A stretch of DNA of 64,000 nucleotides. It comes from Paraspadella gotoi (lineage: Eukaryota > Animalia > Chaetognatha). Below, piece after piece: positions 50,860-64,000 of the stretch. Within the stretch, counting starts at the first letter, position 1. The number at the start of each line of letters is the position of its first letter. The DNA lies in the NCBI GenBank assembly GCA_051294375.1, contig CM119268.1:23451502-23515501 (forward strand). Direction: 5' to 3'. Position numbers and translations under genes: made by a program. The notes under the pieces are model-generated. The model did not search any database, had not been told where the DNA came from, and worked only from the letters and a program-made list of their open reading frames with translations.

Positions 50860-53800
50860 AGTAGAGAGACGAGAGAGAAGAGAGAGAGAAGGAGAGGGAG
50901 AGAGAGAGGAGAGAGAGAGAGGGTGGAGATGCCTAAAACTGGATGAGTTCAAGGATTTGCTTGAGTTTAGCCATTTTTTTTTTTTTGAGGAAAGAGAAAA
51001 TGACTGAGAATTCTGGAAAGAAAAGATAAATTTTTTTTATTGTTTTGAGTAAAAAAGAACGAAAGATCGAGAAGAAAGAGAAATGAAGGAGTTGATAGAA
51101 AAGAAACGAAAAAAGAAGGGAAAGTGGGAAGGAAGAAAGAAAGAAAAAAAAGAAAAAGAAAAAGAAAAGACAAAAAGAAAGAAGAAAGATAGGAAGAAAG
51201 AAAGAAGATAGAAAAGAAAGAAAGAAAGAGAAGAAAAAGAGAAAGAAAGAAAAGAAAAAAGAAGAAAAGGAAAGAAAGTAAAGAAATATAATAAAAAAGA
51301 GAAAAAAAAAAAAAAACAAAAAAAAAAAAAAAAAAGAAAGAATAAGAATGAAATAAAGAAAGAAGAAAGAAAGAAAAGAGAAAGAAAAAGAAATAAAGAA
51401 ATAAANNNNNNNNNNNNNNNNNNNNNNNNNATTAATTAATTATTTTGATCCAAAATGTTTGTTTTGATTGTTTAATTGACTGATTAATTAGTTATTGATT
51501 AATTAATTTACCTATTGATTAATTAACTGATTAGTTATTTGATTAATTAATACAACAAAAGGTTGACAAACTTTCTTTCCCATGTCATATTCTTATTATG
51601 TATTAACAGTTCACCCCTTAAGTTGCTCCTTAACTCTCATATCTTCATTTTTTCGTCTCCTTCCTATTTTTTTCACCTCGCGCCCTTAACCAATTTTNNN
51701 NNNNNNNNNNNNNNNNNNNNNNNNNNNNNNNNNNNNNNNNNNNNNNNNNNNNNNNNNNNNNNNNNNNNNNNNNNNNNNNNNNNNNNNNNNNNNNNNNNNN
51801 NNNNNNNNNNNNNNNNNNNNNNNNNNNNNNNNNNNNNNNNNNNNNNNNNNNNNNNCTTCTTCATAATTCATATTTTATTATTCATTATTCATTCTGCCTT
51901 CTTCATCATGCTTGCCTCATTCTTCATTCTTATTCTTATTTAGTTATCGCTCGCAATACCCAAATAAAAACACAAACATATTAGAATAAGACGATGACTA
52001 ATTAAGGAATTAAGAATTAACAAAAAAGAAAGGCTAGTTTTTATATTTCATTGCTCTGCGTTTAATAATATTTAAATCGAGGGCAAAAGCAGAAAAGGAT
52101 AACACCCAAGNNNNNNNNNNNNNNNNNNNNNNNNNNNNNNNNNNNNNNNNNNNNNNNNNNNNNNNNNNNNNNNNNNNNNNNNNNNNNNNNNNNNNNNNNN
52201 NNNNNNNNNNNNNNNNNNNNNNNNNNNNNNNNNNNNNNNNNNNNNNNNNNNNNNNNCCCGCCGCTCGGGACGCGAGCCTCGCTTCCGCTTTAGCGACCAC
52301 GCCCATCGTCTCGCTCTCACTCCCGCTTTCTCGCTTTCAATTTCTCTCTCTCTCTTTCTCTCCCCTTCTCCCTCTCTCTGCCCTTTCCCCAGTTGTTTAT
52401 TGATGCTCCTGCGGATGAATTGAAATTTTATGTTCACCCAACTGTAGTTATTTTCATTTCTAATTTATCGGCGCCGTTTTTATTACTATTTTTATTTCCT
52501 TTCTTTACTTTGAGGATTCTTGCATTCTCTTTTATTTCTTTCTTTTTTTTTCTTTTATTTTGTTTAGTTTGTTAAGATGGTTGGCTATTTTTAGTCGGAT
52601 CTGCTTATCAGCAGATTCCGGCTTTTGTAATCCACTTTGTCGGTCAGTCGGTCCCACTTTAAAATCTCGGTAAATCATTCAGATCATAAGAATATCGAAT
52701 TATGATAAATTCTTTATAATATTGATTAATAAACAAATATATTATGATTTTTTATGTTATGATCTGTTATGATTAAAAATTAACAGATTTATCATAACTT
52801 ATTATTTGATTAGCTGCTTATCGCAAAATTATCGTAGGCAGATCCGACNNNNNNNNNNNNNNNNNNNNNNNNNNNNNNNNNNNNNNNNNNNNNNNNNNNN
52901 NNNNNNNNNNNNNNNNNNNNNNNNNNNNNNNNNNNNNNNNNNNNNNNNNNNNNNNNNNNNNNNNNNNNNNNNNNNNNNNNNNNNNNNNNNNNNNNNNNNN
53001 NNNNNNNNNNNNNNNNNNNNNNNNNNNNNNNNNNNNNNNNNNNNNNNNNNNNNNNNNNNNNNNNNNNNNNNNNNNNNNNNNNNNNNNNNNNNNNNNNNNN
53101 NNNNNNNNNNNNNNNNNNNNNNNNNNNNNNNNNNNNNNNNNNNNNNNNNNNNNNNNNNNNNNNNNNNNNNNNNNNNNNNNNNNNNNNNNNNNNNNNNNNN
53201 NNNNNNNNNNNNNNNNNNNNNNNNNNNNNNNNNNNNNNNNNNNNNNNNNNNNNNNNNNNNNNNNNNNNNNNNNNNNNNNNNNNNNNNNNNNNNNNNNNNN
53301 NNNNNNNNNNNNNNNNNNNNNNNNNNNNNNNNNNNNNNNNNNNNNNNNNNNNNNNNNNNNNNNNNNNNNNNNNNNNNNNNNNNNNNNNNNNNNNNNNNNN
53401 NNNNNNNNNNNNNNNNNNNNNNNNNNNNNNNNNNNNNNNNNNNNNNNNNNNNNNNNNNNNNNNNNNNNNNNNNNNNNNNNNNNNNNNNNNNNNNNNNNNN
53501 NNNNNNNNNNNNNNNNNNNNNNNNNNNNNNNNNNNNNNNNNNNNNNNNNNNNNNNNNNNNNNNNNNNNNNNNNNNNNNNNNNGAAAAGAAAAAAAAGAGA
53601 AGAGAAGAATAGAGAAAAGAAGAGAAGAGAAAAAAAAAGAAGAGAAAAGAAAAGAAAATAAAAGAAAGGAAAAGAAAGGAAAAGGAGATAATAGGTCAAA
53701 GTCACTATTCCACTTTCAAGACGATAACATAAAAAAAAGGCTTAAAATAAAAACCCAAAAAACAATAATAGAAATACTATGAACCAGAAAAACAAAAGAA

Positions 53801-53989
53801 CCAGAGACGCAGAAACTAATAACAAAAACAGAACAAATAAGGAACAAGAGATAAATAAAAGGGGGAAAGAGGAAAAGAAAAAAAGAAAAAAAGAAAAAGA
53901 AAAAAAGGAAGAGACAATAATTGTTTCTAAACTTTTTCCGTTGTATTTATGCCTGAGGGGAGAAGTTTATTGCCTTTGGGAGGAGGAAA

Positions 53990-54482
53990 GGATAAAAAAA
54001 CGGAGAAAAGAGAAAATGGAGGAAAGGAAAAAAGGAGGAAAGAGAAAATGGAGGAAAGAGAAAAAGGAGGAAGGAGAAAAGGGAGGAAAGAGAAGAGAGA
54101 GGAATAAGAAAAGGAAGGAAGGAGAAAAGGGAGGAAATAGAAAAGGGAGGAAGAGAAAAGGGAGCAAAAGAAAAGGAAGGAAAGAGAAAAAAAGGAAAGA
54201 GAAAAGGAAAGAAAGAGAAAATGGAGGAAAGAGAAAAGGGAGGAAAGAGAAAATTGAGGAAAGGAAAAAAAGGAGGAAAGAGACAAGGGAGAAAAGAGAA
54301 AAGGGAGGAAAGAGAAAAAGGAGGAAAGATATAAGGGAGAAAAGAGAAAGGGAGGAAAGAGAAAAGGGAGGAAAGAAAAAAAGGGCGGAAAGAGAAAATG
54401 GATGAAAGAGAAAAGCCAAAAGGGAGAAAATAGAAAATGGAGGAAAGAGAAAAGGAAGGAAAGATATAAGGGAGGAAAGAGA
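53990..54482. repeat. Homopurine minisatellite (about ggaggaaagagaaaa); duplicate at about 49000..49480
   Basis: Direct inspection. Confidence 0.85.
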
Positions 54483-54633
54483 TGTGATAGAATTAATGTA
54501 ATATTTTATTACATCTTATGTCACTTAAAATAATTTTTTTTCAACAAATCACCAAGTGCCTAATGCCTGGAAATCGGCCTGTCAAAGCCGGGTTAACCAA
54601 GGGTCTGCGCCTGGTCAGTCAGTCTAACTGAGG

Positions 54634-54736
54634 TCAAAGCGGATTCAAGCAGGAACCAACTTTAGATCGACGCTGTCTTGATGTCTGCTTGATAAATGGT
54701 TTTTGCTTGGTCAGGAAATTTGGTTGGTAAAGGAAT
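54634..54736 (-). CDS. Possible terminal exon of an unidentified gene (duplicate at about 49630..49745)
   Basis: Minus strand ttttccaacggccag|A ATT CCT...: IPLPTKFPDQAKPFIKQTSRQRRSKVGSCLNPL*; complex-sequence island among simple repeats; no upstream exons confidently linked; coordinates +/- a few nt. Confidence 0.3.
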
Positions 54737-56359
54737 TCTGGCCGTTGGAAAAGTTAAGTTCATGAAATGAGAAAAAAAAAGTCAGGATAAAAAATAGTTG
54801 AGAGTTTTTTAGTCATAAAACGATGTATGATTGTTAATACAAAGATAATAAAATAATTACGGCGAAAAGGGTAATAAAACTGGTAATAAAATGTGGCAAT
54901 AAAATATGAGAAAAAATGATAATAAAAAAAGTGGAATCATTGGTTTTATGTTCTCCTCCTCTTCCTCTTCTTCTTTCTCCTCCTCCTACTTCTCGAGCGA
55001 CGAGAGGAGAAGAGACCGAGGGGGCGAAGTTTTATGAGAGGGGAGGGAAGGAGGGAGANNNNNNNNNNNNNNNNNNNNNNNNNNNNNNNNNNNNNNNNNN
55101 NNNNNNNNNNNNNNNNNNNNNNNNNNNNNNNNNNNNNNNNNNNNNNNNNNNNNNNNNNNNNNNNNNNNNNNNNNNNNNNNNNNNNNNNNNNNNNNNNNNN
55201 NNNNNNNNNNNNNNNNNNNNNNNNNNNNNNNNNNNNNNNNNNNNNNNNNNNNNNNNNNNNNNNNNNNNNNNNNNNTGGGTGGAAAATCGGGGTTACCGTT
55301 TATCCATCGACTATAGAAACTACAAATTAAACGATATTACAAAATTAATTTTTTTGTCAGATAAAAAAAGAGAAAAACTATGACAGGATCTTCAAACTGT
55401 TAATAATATTTTCTAATAATGATTCTTGGGTTTAGGGTCTTTCATGACACACGTTAACATAGTAATCATTGAAGATTTCGAGTCTCTCAATTTTAGGATG
55501 AGAATTTTCAGATTTCGATCTACGAAATACTTTTGATTTTCTAATTTTGATGATTTGTAGCTTCTTTTCAGTTAATGCTGCTGCTGTGGCTCAAGCTGCT
55601 GTTACTGATTTTTATATATTTTTATTTTTATATAATAATATAATAATAACATTNNNNNNNNNNNNNNNNNNNNNNNNNNNNNNNNNNNNNNNNNNNNNNN
55701 NNNNNNNNNNNNNNNNNNNNNNNNNNNNNNNNNNNNNNNNNNNNNNNNNNNNNNNNNNNNNNNNNNNNNNNNNNNNNNNNNNNNNNNNNNNNNNNNNNNN
55801 NNNNNNNNNNNNNNNNNNNNNNNNNNNNNNNNNNNNNNNNNNNNNNNNNNNNNNNNNNNNNNNNNNNNNNNNNNNNNNNNNNNNNNNNNNNNNNNNNNNN
55901 NNNNNNNNNNNNNNNNNNNNNNNNNNNNNNNNNNNNNNNNNNNNNNNNNNNNNNNNNNNNNNNNNNNNNNNNNNNNNNNNNNNNNNNNNNNNNNNNNNNN
56001 NNNNNNNNNNNNNNNNNNNNNNNNNNNNNNNNNNNNNNNNNNNNNNNNNNNNNNNNNNNNNNNNNNNNNNNNNNNNNNNNNNNNNNNNNNNNNNNNNNNN
56101 NNNNNNNNNNNNNNNNNNNNNNNNNNNNNNNNNNNNNNNNNCTTCAGAGATTTTGAGTTCACAATCTCACAATATCTCACAGCCTCTCACACACAGTCAA
56201 CGGTGACTTTTCCAATTCTGCGATCGGATTTTCTCTTCGTTTATTCAGTTGCAACTAAAAATTCTTCTCCAGATTTGAATTCGATTAAGACTCGTGATTG
56301 TGATACAAAAATAAAATCCTCTTAGCGGAAAATCGAGTTTTGAGATTTGAAACTGTAAG

Positions 56360-56625
56360 GACAAAGTTGAGAAAGAAAAGTGACAAAGTTGATGAGTTTA
56401 AAATGTCAAGAGGTTGATAATGACAAAGTTGATATTAACAAAGTTCAAAGAAACAGAAGTGAAAGAAAAAATGTTGAATGAAACAAAGTTGAAAGAAACA
56501 GAGTTGAAAGAAACAAAGTTGAAAGAAATAGAGTTAAAGGAAACAAAGTTGAATGAGTTTAAAGAAACAAATTTGATAGATTGTTGATAGAAACAAAATT
56601 GATAAGGACAAAGTCGATAGCAACC
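56360..56625. repeat. About 15-bp degenerate minisatellite (acaaagttgaaagaa)
   Basis: Direct inspection. Confidence 0.8.
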
Positions 56626-57014
56626 AATTTGACAGAAGCAAATTTGATTTGGCCAGAGGTCAACATGTCACGTGATTCCACTTCATTTCACTGTGAGCTT
56701 CTCTCACTTGATTAAGCGTCTCGAGACACGAGGATCAAAGATCAAATCGTGAAAAAGTTTTTTACGTGAATCTTTTTAGATTAGTGAAATTCACACCCAA
56801 AAATTGTTATATTTCAAACCGATTTTGTTAAGTTTGAAAGTAAACGCTTCAGAAAGCTAATTCGTAATTCATTGCTTTATCACAATTTTCGTTTTACTTT
56901 TATCTCAAATTATATTCATATTTTTAAAGATTTTTTCTGAGATTTAATTTGAAGAGAATGAAATAAAAAATGATAAACTAATCGTTAATTCGTCAAGAAA
57001 CACTTACCTTTCTT

Positions 57015-57118
57015 TACCCGACCCGAACCCACCCAACTCCGACCCCGACCATGACCCCAATCCCGACCTCAACCCCGACCTCATCCTTAACCCCGATCCC
57101 CTCCTACCCCGACCCCAA
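57015..57118. repeat. C-rich hexamer array (ccgacc)n
   Basis: Direct inspection. Confidence 0.75.
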
Positions 57119-57167
57119 GCAAAAAAAAGGTGAAGTTTGCTTTCATATTTTTTAACTTCAGATGGCA

Positions 57168-57230
57168 TCAGTTACCAGTTTCCAGTTACCAGTTATCAGT
57201 TATCAGTTATCAGTTATCAGTTATCAGTTA
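57168..57230. repeat. (CAGTTAT)n heptamer repeat
   Basis: Direct inspection. Confidence 0.9.
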
Positions 57231-58550
57231 CATATATTTATGGATCTAAATAGTGGAAGTTATTTTAAAAATAAGGTTTTAACAAAATTTAAATTACAAC
57301 CTTACTTTTTTTATAAAACTTAAAAAGAACAACAACAACAACTTTAGCGAGAACAGGCGATATTTTTTAAATAAATTCTCACCCAAAAAATCGAAAATAT
57401 TTTTTTTCACGCAGATTCGATAGAGTAAATTTTTTGGCCAAATTTTTTTAATCAATTGCGACAATAAAAGAGTTTTGATATAAAGCTTGCAGGACCCTGC
57501 TTTGTTATGTCTTGTTAGTAAAATGCAGGCATTAACCAACCGTATTCAAACTAATTGTGAAGATAGACAATTTATTTATAAAAAAAAATATGAGTCAAGC
57601 TCAACAGATGTTTTGACTAAGCCTGACGGTTGACAATTTCTCCTCGTTGTCGTCAAACTGGCTGCAGTTGTCAAAAAATCATTCAATAAAGTTAATAAAT
57701 AATCTAAATGAATAAAAAATATCAAACTAATAAACGAGTAATTATAAACAACAAATAAATGAANNNNNNNNNNNNNNNNNNNNNNNNNNNNNNNNNNNNN
57801 NNNNNNNNNNNNNNNNNNNNNNNNNNNNNNNNNNNNNNNNNNNNNNNNNNNNNNNNNNNNNNNNNNNNNNNNNNNNNNNNNNNNNNNNNNNNNNNNNNNN
57901 NNNNNNNNNNNNNNNNNNNNNNNNNNNNNNNNNNNNNNNNNNNNNNNNNNNNNNNNNNNNNNNNNNNNNNNNNNNNNNNNNNNNNNNNNNNNNNNNNNNN
58001 NNNNNNNNNNNNNNNNNNNNNNNNNNNNNNNNNNNNNNNNNNNNNNNNNNNNNNNNNNNNNNNNNNNNNNNNNNNNNNNNNNNNNNNNNNNNNNNNNNNN
58101 NNNNNNNNNNNNNNNNNNNNNNNNNNNNNNNNNNNNNNNNNNNNNNNNNNNNNNNNNNNNNNNNNNNNNNNNNNNNNNNNNNNNNNNNNNNNNNNNNNNN
58201 NNNNNNNNNNNNNNNNNNNNNNNNNNNNNNNNNNNNNNNNNNNNNNNNNNNNNNNNNNNNNNNNNNNNNNNNNNNNNNNNNNNNNNNNNNNNNNNNNNNN
58301 NNNNNNNNNNNNNNNNNNNNNNNNNNNNNNNNNNNNNNNNNNNNNNNNNNNNNNNNNNNNNNNNNNNNNNNNNNNNNNNNNNNNNNNNNNNNNNNNNNNN
58401 NNNNNNNNNNNNNNNNNNNNNNNNNNNNNNNNNNNNNNNNNNNNNNNNNNNNNNNNNNNNNNNNNNNNNNNNNNNNNNNNNNNNNNNNNNNNNNNNNNNN
58501 NNNNNNNNNNNNNNNNNNNNNNNNNNNNNNNNNNNNNNNNNNNNNNNNNN

Positions 58551-58815
58551 ATAATCAGGAAAAAATGGTAAAAATTATGTGATAACAAATTAGAAATGGC
58601 AAAAGGCAAAGAAATGGCAAAAGGCGAAGAAATGGCAACCCCAAAAAAACCTCTACTCTACTTTTATGTTTTCGAAATTTTGAAAGATTTCTGGTTATTT
58701 TTTAGAACCAAAACAAAGTCATTGTTAGATTTTTATCTTGAAAATAAAATCCTTTGGAATTTAAGTTTATTGAACATTAAACTTGACAGTTATGATTGAA
58801 ATATACAATTTTGAA
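58551..58815 (+). repeat. About 260-bp direct repeat with 61283..61545
   Basis: ggtaaaattatgtgataacaaat...aaataaaatcctttggaatt...aaacttgacagt shared. Confidence 0.85.
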
Positions 58816-59808
58816 AAAAAAAAGACATTCATTTCTTTCTCTCTCTTGTTCGAACTGATTTGAAAGATATCAACAATGTTTCAATGTGGAAATGTCATAA
58901 AAAATTGTCATTTTCTTTTTTTTTTGATGTGAAAATGGATGCGATTTAAGAAGAAAATTTCGTCAAATTTCATGCTCTGTGGAAAGAAGCGACGAAAAGT
59001 GGGAATAAAAAAATGATAAAAAAGTTAAAAATGAATCCCTTTCCGCCCCTTCCTTCCACTCCATGTACTCTCTCTCTACTCTCTCTCTCTCTCCGATTCG
59101 ATGGCACTCAACTCACCTCCTCGCTCTCTCGATCTCTCTCTCTCTCTCTCTGGATCATCTACCTACGTAATCATTCATTACGAATCGAATAATCAGCTTC
59201 TCGTTCTGCTCTCTCTCTCTCCCTCAAAAACCTGAAAACAAACATTAAGATCTTCGAAACTGACTTTCCTTCGTTAAAATAAAANNNNNNNNNNNNNNNN
59301 NNNNNNNNNTTGAAAACGAAAGAGAGAAGAAAGAATCAGGGAATTAAAGGGGATCACAGTTCGGGGAAAAACTGTTTCGGGGATTCGTCGGGGACCAAAA
59401 CTTGTTTGGGGATTCGTCGGGGATTATAACTGGTTTGGTGATTCGTCAGGTATTCCGAAAATTACGCTTCGTCGCTCGAGAGGAAATTTCGAGGAAACGT
59501 GAGAATTCTGGAGCGAGATTATTTAATCCTAGGATTTATAGACTCGAATCAAAGGATTTAGATTTATAATCTTGAGATTTATATTTATAATCCTGAGATT
59601 TAGATTCGACTCTCTCAAAAATTAATTTTTTTTTAAATCTTGAATTGGGAATGTTATTCTGCGTATTTATATCTTTCTTTCTTTCTTTCTTTCTTTCTCT
59701 TTTTCTTTCTTTCCTGATTTCCCGCCAAAAATTCGATTAAAAAAAGCGAAAAAACTGAAAATAATCGAAGGGAAAAAAATTGGAAAACTTTTTTTTGGAA
59801 ATGGAAAA

Positions 59809-59859
<51 letters not shown>

Positions 59860-59875
<16 letters not shown>

Positions 59876-60275
59876 ACTTTACCGCTCCCACCTCGAAAAT
59901 TTTCCTTGAAACTCGTATTTTAATGGGTAAAAGTTGAGAGAGATCATAAAAGAAATATGACTATTAAATTTTTTTCCCGCTCAACTTTTTTTTTAATCTT
60001 TTCCTTATGGAGAAAATAAAATATAAAAAAAATTCTTATGGAGAAAATAAAAAAATACCATCAAATACTCTCTCTCTCCCTCTCTCTCTCTCTCTTTATC
60101 ACTTACCGCTCCCACCTGAAAATTTCCTTGTGAAACTCGTATTTACATGGTAAAATGAGAGAGATCATAAAGAAATATGACTATTAAATTTTTTTCCGCT
60201 CAACTTTTTTTTAATCTTTTCTGATGGAGAAAATAAATATAAAAAAATCTATGGAGAAATAAAAAAATACACAAA
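59860..60275. repeat. About 220-bp tandem duplication
   Basis: Two units (CT)n-cacttaccgctcccacc...gagagagatcataaa...atggagaaaataaa. Confidence 0.85.
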
Positions 60276-62160
60276 TATATTTTAGGAAAAAAATGTTAAA
60301 GCAATGTCAAAAACCAGGCGTATCATTCGATTTCAACAGTATATATTAATTCTTTTTAAATAAATATTTAAAAAAAGAAAGCGTTAAATGAGTGTCCTTT
60401 TACACAATGAACAGGTTTTGAAATGTTTTTAAAATCATTTCATTGTTTAGAACCATGTTACTAGAGTCTTAATTGATAGCTTGCTATGTCTATCTTGTAA
60501 AGAGCATGAAGGCCGTAACCACCCAAACTTGTCAACTCTGGAACATAGGACGTGTCAAAGTCAGGGAGGAAGCTTATTTATTAAGATGAATAGATAAGTT
60601 TTAGTGATTGTATTGTCAGATAAAAACTCTGTTGATTTATAATTCGAAGGAATAGTATAGAATATAGAGAAGGTGTATGAGGAGAGAAGCTCTGGGGAGA
60701 GGTGTGTAGATGGGAACCAGGAGTTAGAAGTATTTTGAATGTTGAATGGGGTGGGCAGAGAAGATAAAGAAGTCGATTGGTTAAAATCTCTTCTGTAAAG
60801 ACTTTGTTCTGAAGTTAATTATTGAATTGAAATTGTCAATGGCAAGAATTTCGAAATGTTGTTATAAGTTGCAATCGTGGTGTGACTCTTGCTATTGTTA
60901 AAGGAAAGATGTAGAAGTTAGATAATTCGAATTGAAGACTACAGACGATCGTTTTTAACAGTAGAGTACACCGTTCAATTCGGTTCGGGACCCGTAATAT
61001 ACTTATGTGGAAAAAAACCGGGGCTGTCAAAGCATTTTACGAAGAAGTGGGTAAAGGGAAGAAGACGTGACTGGGAGAAAGATAAGAATCTTGGCAGAGA
61101 GAAAGAATCTGTGTGAGGGCTCAAAAACTTCAAATTGTGGGGAGGGGAAAAAGAGAGTAGAGAAGGAAAGAGGATCGTGATGAAAAAAAAAGGAGAGATC
61201 GAGGAGGGAGAAGATTGCCCCGTTGAGGAAGAACTCCGCGCGGAGGCGGAGGATGGGGAGGGAATTGCTAAACCGGAAGATTTATAACAGGAAAAATAGG
61301 TAAAATTATGTGATAACAAATAGGAAATGCTAAAAGCAAAGATGCAAAAGGGCGGAAGAAATTGGCAAACGCCCAAAGCCTTATCCTACATTTTTATGTT
61401 TTCCGATTTTTTGAAATTTCTGGTTATTTTTACCAAAACCGTCCAATTGTTCGATTTATTTTTTTGAAATAAAATCCTTTGGAATTAAGTATTATTGAAC
61501 ATTAAAACTTGACAGTATGATTTGAAACTAATAAACAATATTTTCGATAAATCGAGTAATTTCGTTACGAGTTTTGGACCTGAAAGGAGAAAGTTTTAGT
61601 GACGAAAAAACGTGAAAAGAAAGAAAGAAAAGAAAAAAGAAAAAAAAAAAAAGAAAAACCTTGACTTTGAATCGAAATTCGATTAGACTTTTTTTTTTCG
61701 GTTTTCAACCCTTGAAAAAAAAACTCGCATTCCTCGCGCCGATACACATCGTTGAGTCTGTGAGAGAGAGAAGAAGAGAGAGAAGAGAGAAGAGAGAGAG
61801 AGAGAGAGGAGAGAGAAGAGAGAGAGAGAGAAGAGAGAGGTGAAAGATAATCATCGACTAGAATTTTAAAGTTGGCGGGAAAAAATATGTGAAAAAAAAG
61901 AAGAGAAAGAAATTGTTACCTCAATTTTTTGAAAAAAAAAAAATTGAAGAGGAGATAAAAGGCGAGAGAGAGGTGGGAGGAGAGGAGAGAAAGGAAGAGA
62001 GAAGAGAGAGTGGAGGGAGAGAAAGAGAGAAGAGAGAGAGATAGAAATAGTAGAGAGACAGAGAGGCCACTAAAAAATAATGATGGGGCGAAAAACCAGT
62101 ATGTAAACATCATCAAAGTAATTAGCGAATTTAAATTAGCATAAATAACTACTCTTCTCT

Positions 62161-62207
<47 letters not shown>

Positions 62208-62355
62208 TTTAATTCCAATTTGACTTTTAAAATCAGGATTTTAATATCGGCCACGGCCCTGATCCCACGGGGTCCGTGAGAGGAATAGTATCGTTTCTCT
62301 CTCTCTCTCTTCTTCTCTCTCTCTCTCTCTNNNNNNNNNNNNNNNNNNNNNNNNN

Positions 62356-62392
<37 letters not shown>

Positions 62393-62639
62393 CATGAGGA
62401 CTCATGAGCAAAATAGATTATTTTTCGCTCACGAAACAAAATTAACTCTTGAAAAGGAAAACAAAACTTTTAGCTTCTATTGAAATAGTAGAGTCACTAT
62501 TAAAATTATTTATTTTAATTTAATTCTCATCTTTTTTGTTATATCTAATTATTTACTATTTTATTTATTATCTTTCGGCCTCTTTCTTCTATGCTAACCT
62601 ATGCTAAACTAATTCTTTTTACAATAATTTTTTATTATA

Positions 62640-62812
62640 TTCTACCATATTATTATATTCTATTCTATTCTGTTCTATTCTATTCTATTATATTCTTTTC
62701 TATTCTTTCATATCTTACTCTATTCGATTCTGTCCTAATCTATTCTATACAATTTTATTCTATTATTTTCTATTCTATTCTATTCTATTCTATTTTATTT
62801 TGTTCTATTCTT
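62640..62812. repeat. (ATTCT)n degenerate pentamer repeat
   Basis: Direct inspection. Confidence 0.85.
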
Positions 62813-62979
62813 TTTTAATCGATTCTTTTCAACATTATATAGTCTCTTGTTTTTAAATCAAAAGTCTAAATTTTCAAATAAATTCGACTGAAAACATAAA
62901 ATCTTTTCAATTTTTCTTTTGTCACGTCTTTCCAAAACAGGCACGAGTTCCAAGTTTCTCTCGGCGTAAGGGACCGAAT

Positions 62980-63248
62980 TTTACTTTTAACTTTATTTTA
63001 AACATACTTTAAACTTACCTTTAACTTTATTTTAAACTTACTTTAAACTTACTTTTAACTTTATTTTAAACATACCTTAAACTTACCTTTAACTTTTTTA
63101 AACATACTTTAAACTTACCTTTAACTTTTTTAAACTTACTTTTAACTTACCTTTAACTTTATTTTAAACTTACTTTAAACTTACCTTTAACTTTATTTTA
63201 AACATACCTTAAACTTACCTTTAACTTTTTTAAACTTACTTTTAACTT
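62980..63248. repeat. About 11-bp based minisatellite (tttaaacttac / tttaactttat)
   Basis: Direct inspection. Confidence 0.9.
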
Positions 63249-63392
63249 CTCTATCCGACCCTACTTTCTAATTCTTGGTATTCGAGGACACCACCTATCG
63301 ATGAGCTTGATTATTCTTGCTCGCCTGCTTGCAAACCAGCTTGCTTTGGCCTAAACAGCCCTGTCCTCATTCGGCCATCGCTTTAGCTCCGC

Positions 63393-63466
63393 CTTCCCTT
63401 TTGACCGAATTGGTGGACGAAGCGGCTCGCGATATCAAGGTCCCGAGTTCAAATCCGGGGACAGAA
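63393..63466 (+). mobile_element. Degenerate tRNA-like sequence (tRNA pseudogene or SINE head)
   Basis: A-box-like TGACCGAATTGG, then aggtcccGAGTTCAAATCCgggg B-box/T-arm at tRNA spacing; stems imperfect; A-rich tail follows. Confidence 0.45.
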
Positions 63467-64000
63467 GAAAATGAAGATAAGATGAAAGAAAAAGGAAAAT
63501 AAGAAAAGGAAAGAAANNNNNNNNNNNNNNNNNNNNNNNNNAAAGAGGAGAGATGTCGCTCATATACGAGTCGCTTGGCTCATAGGACATTGATAAAGGG
63601 TGACGAAAATATAATTATATGCCCTTGCGGCTTAAATTTAATGATAAAATTTATAATTAATTTAGTTAAATTTTATCATGGAAATGCTTTTTTATATTAA
63701 ATGATATTTAATAAATTATAATACTTTATTTATTTTATATTATAATATTTTTATTATTAAAAAACATTAGCATTAAAAGTATCCCATAGAAGAGTTAATG
63801 TATTCCCCTCGGGGCAGCGGCCAGGGAGCCACCTTTTAGGGCATTTAAAAAGAGACAACCCTTTTGGAATAGATTGCCTCTGGGGCCGCCCCTTTTGTGG
63901 CCCGCGCGGGGGGTACATTCGTGCGATGACATATCGTAGGGTGACCACCGCAAAAGTCAGAGTGTCTGCAATAATGAGGGTATTACCTGAGGTCTCCACA

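Noticed and set aside
60600-61280. Purine-rich complex-looking stretch with ORFs
   Set aside because: Resembles low-quality single-read sequence; no splice-consistent or recognisable coding signal.

Overview
Eukaryotic, AT-rich, microsatellite-saturated window (probably an invertebrate animal; inferred from the BEL/Pao remnant and spliceosomal introns) from a noisy, gap-filled draft assembly. Almost all ORFs in the track are simple-repeat artefacts. Reading splice sites by hand gives one convincing host gene that the ORF track only partly captures: a 7-exon, minus-strand, four-transmembrane MS4A/CD20-like protein (about 212 aa, 13179..1071) with a candidate 9-nt microexon and one apparent 1-nt frameshift. 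Mobile DNA includes a full-length 3.84 kb gag-only Gypsy-like LTR element (20821..24661) with a tRNA-Gly PBS, a PPT, a 5-bp TSD, non-canonical 5'-CAT...ACG-3' termini and its empty site next door. There is also a BEL/Pao gag-protease remnant, Tc1-like and hAT-like MITEs, a tRNA-Gly-derived SINE, Helentron/HINE-like elements and a TTAA-starting repeat family. The largest inverted and tandem duplications each abut one of eight exactly 25-N gaps, so they are most likely gap-filling or haplotype artefacts. No prokaryotic systems, CRISPR arrays or rRNA were seen.
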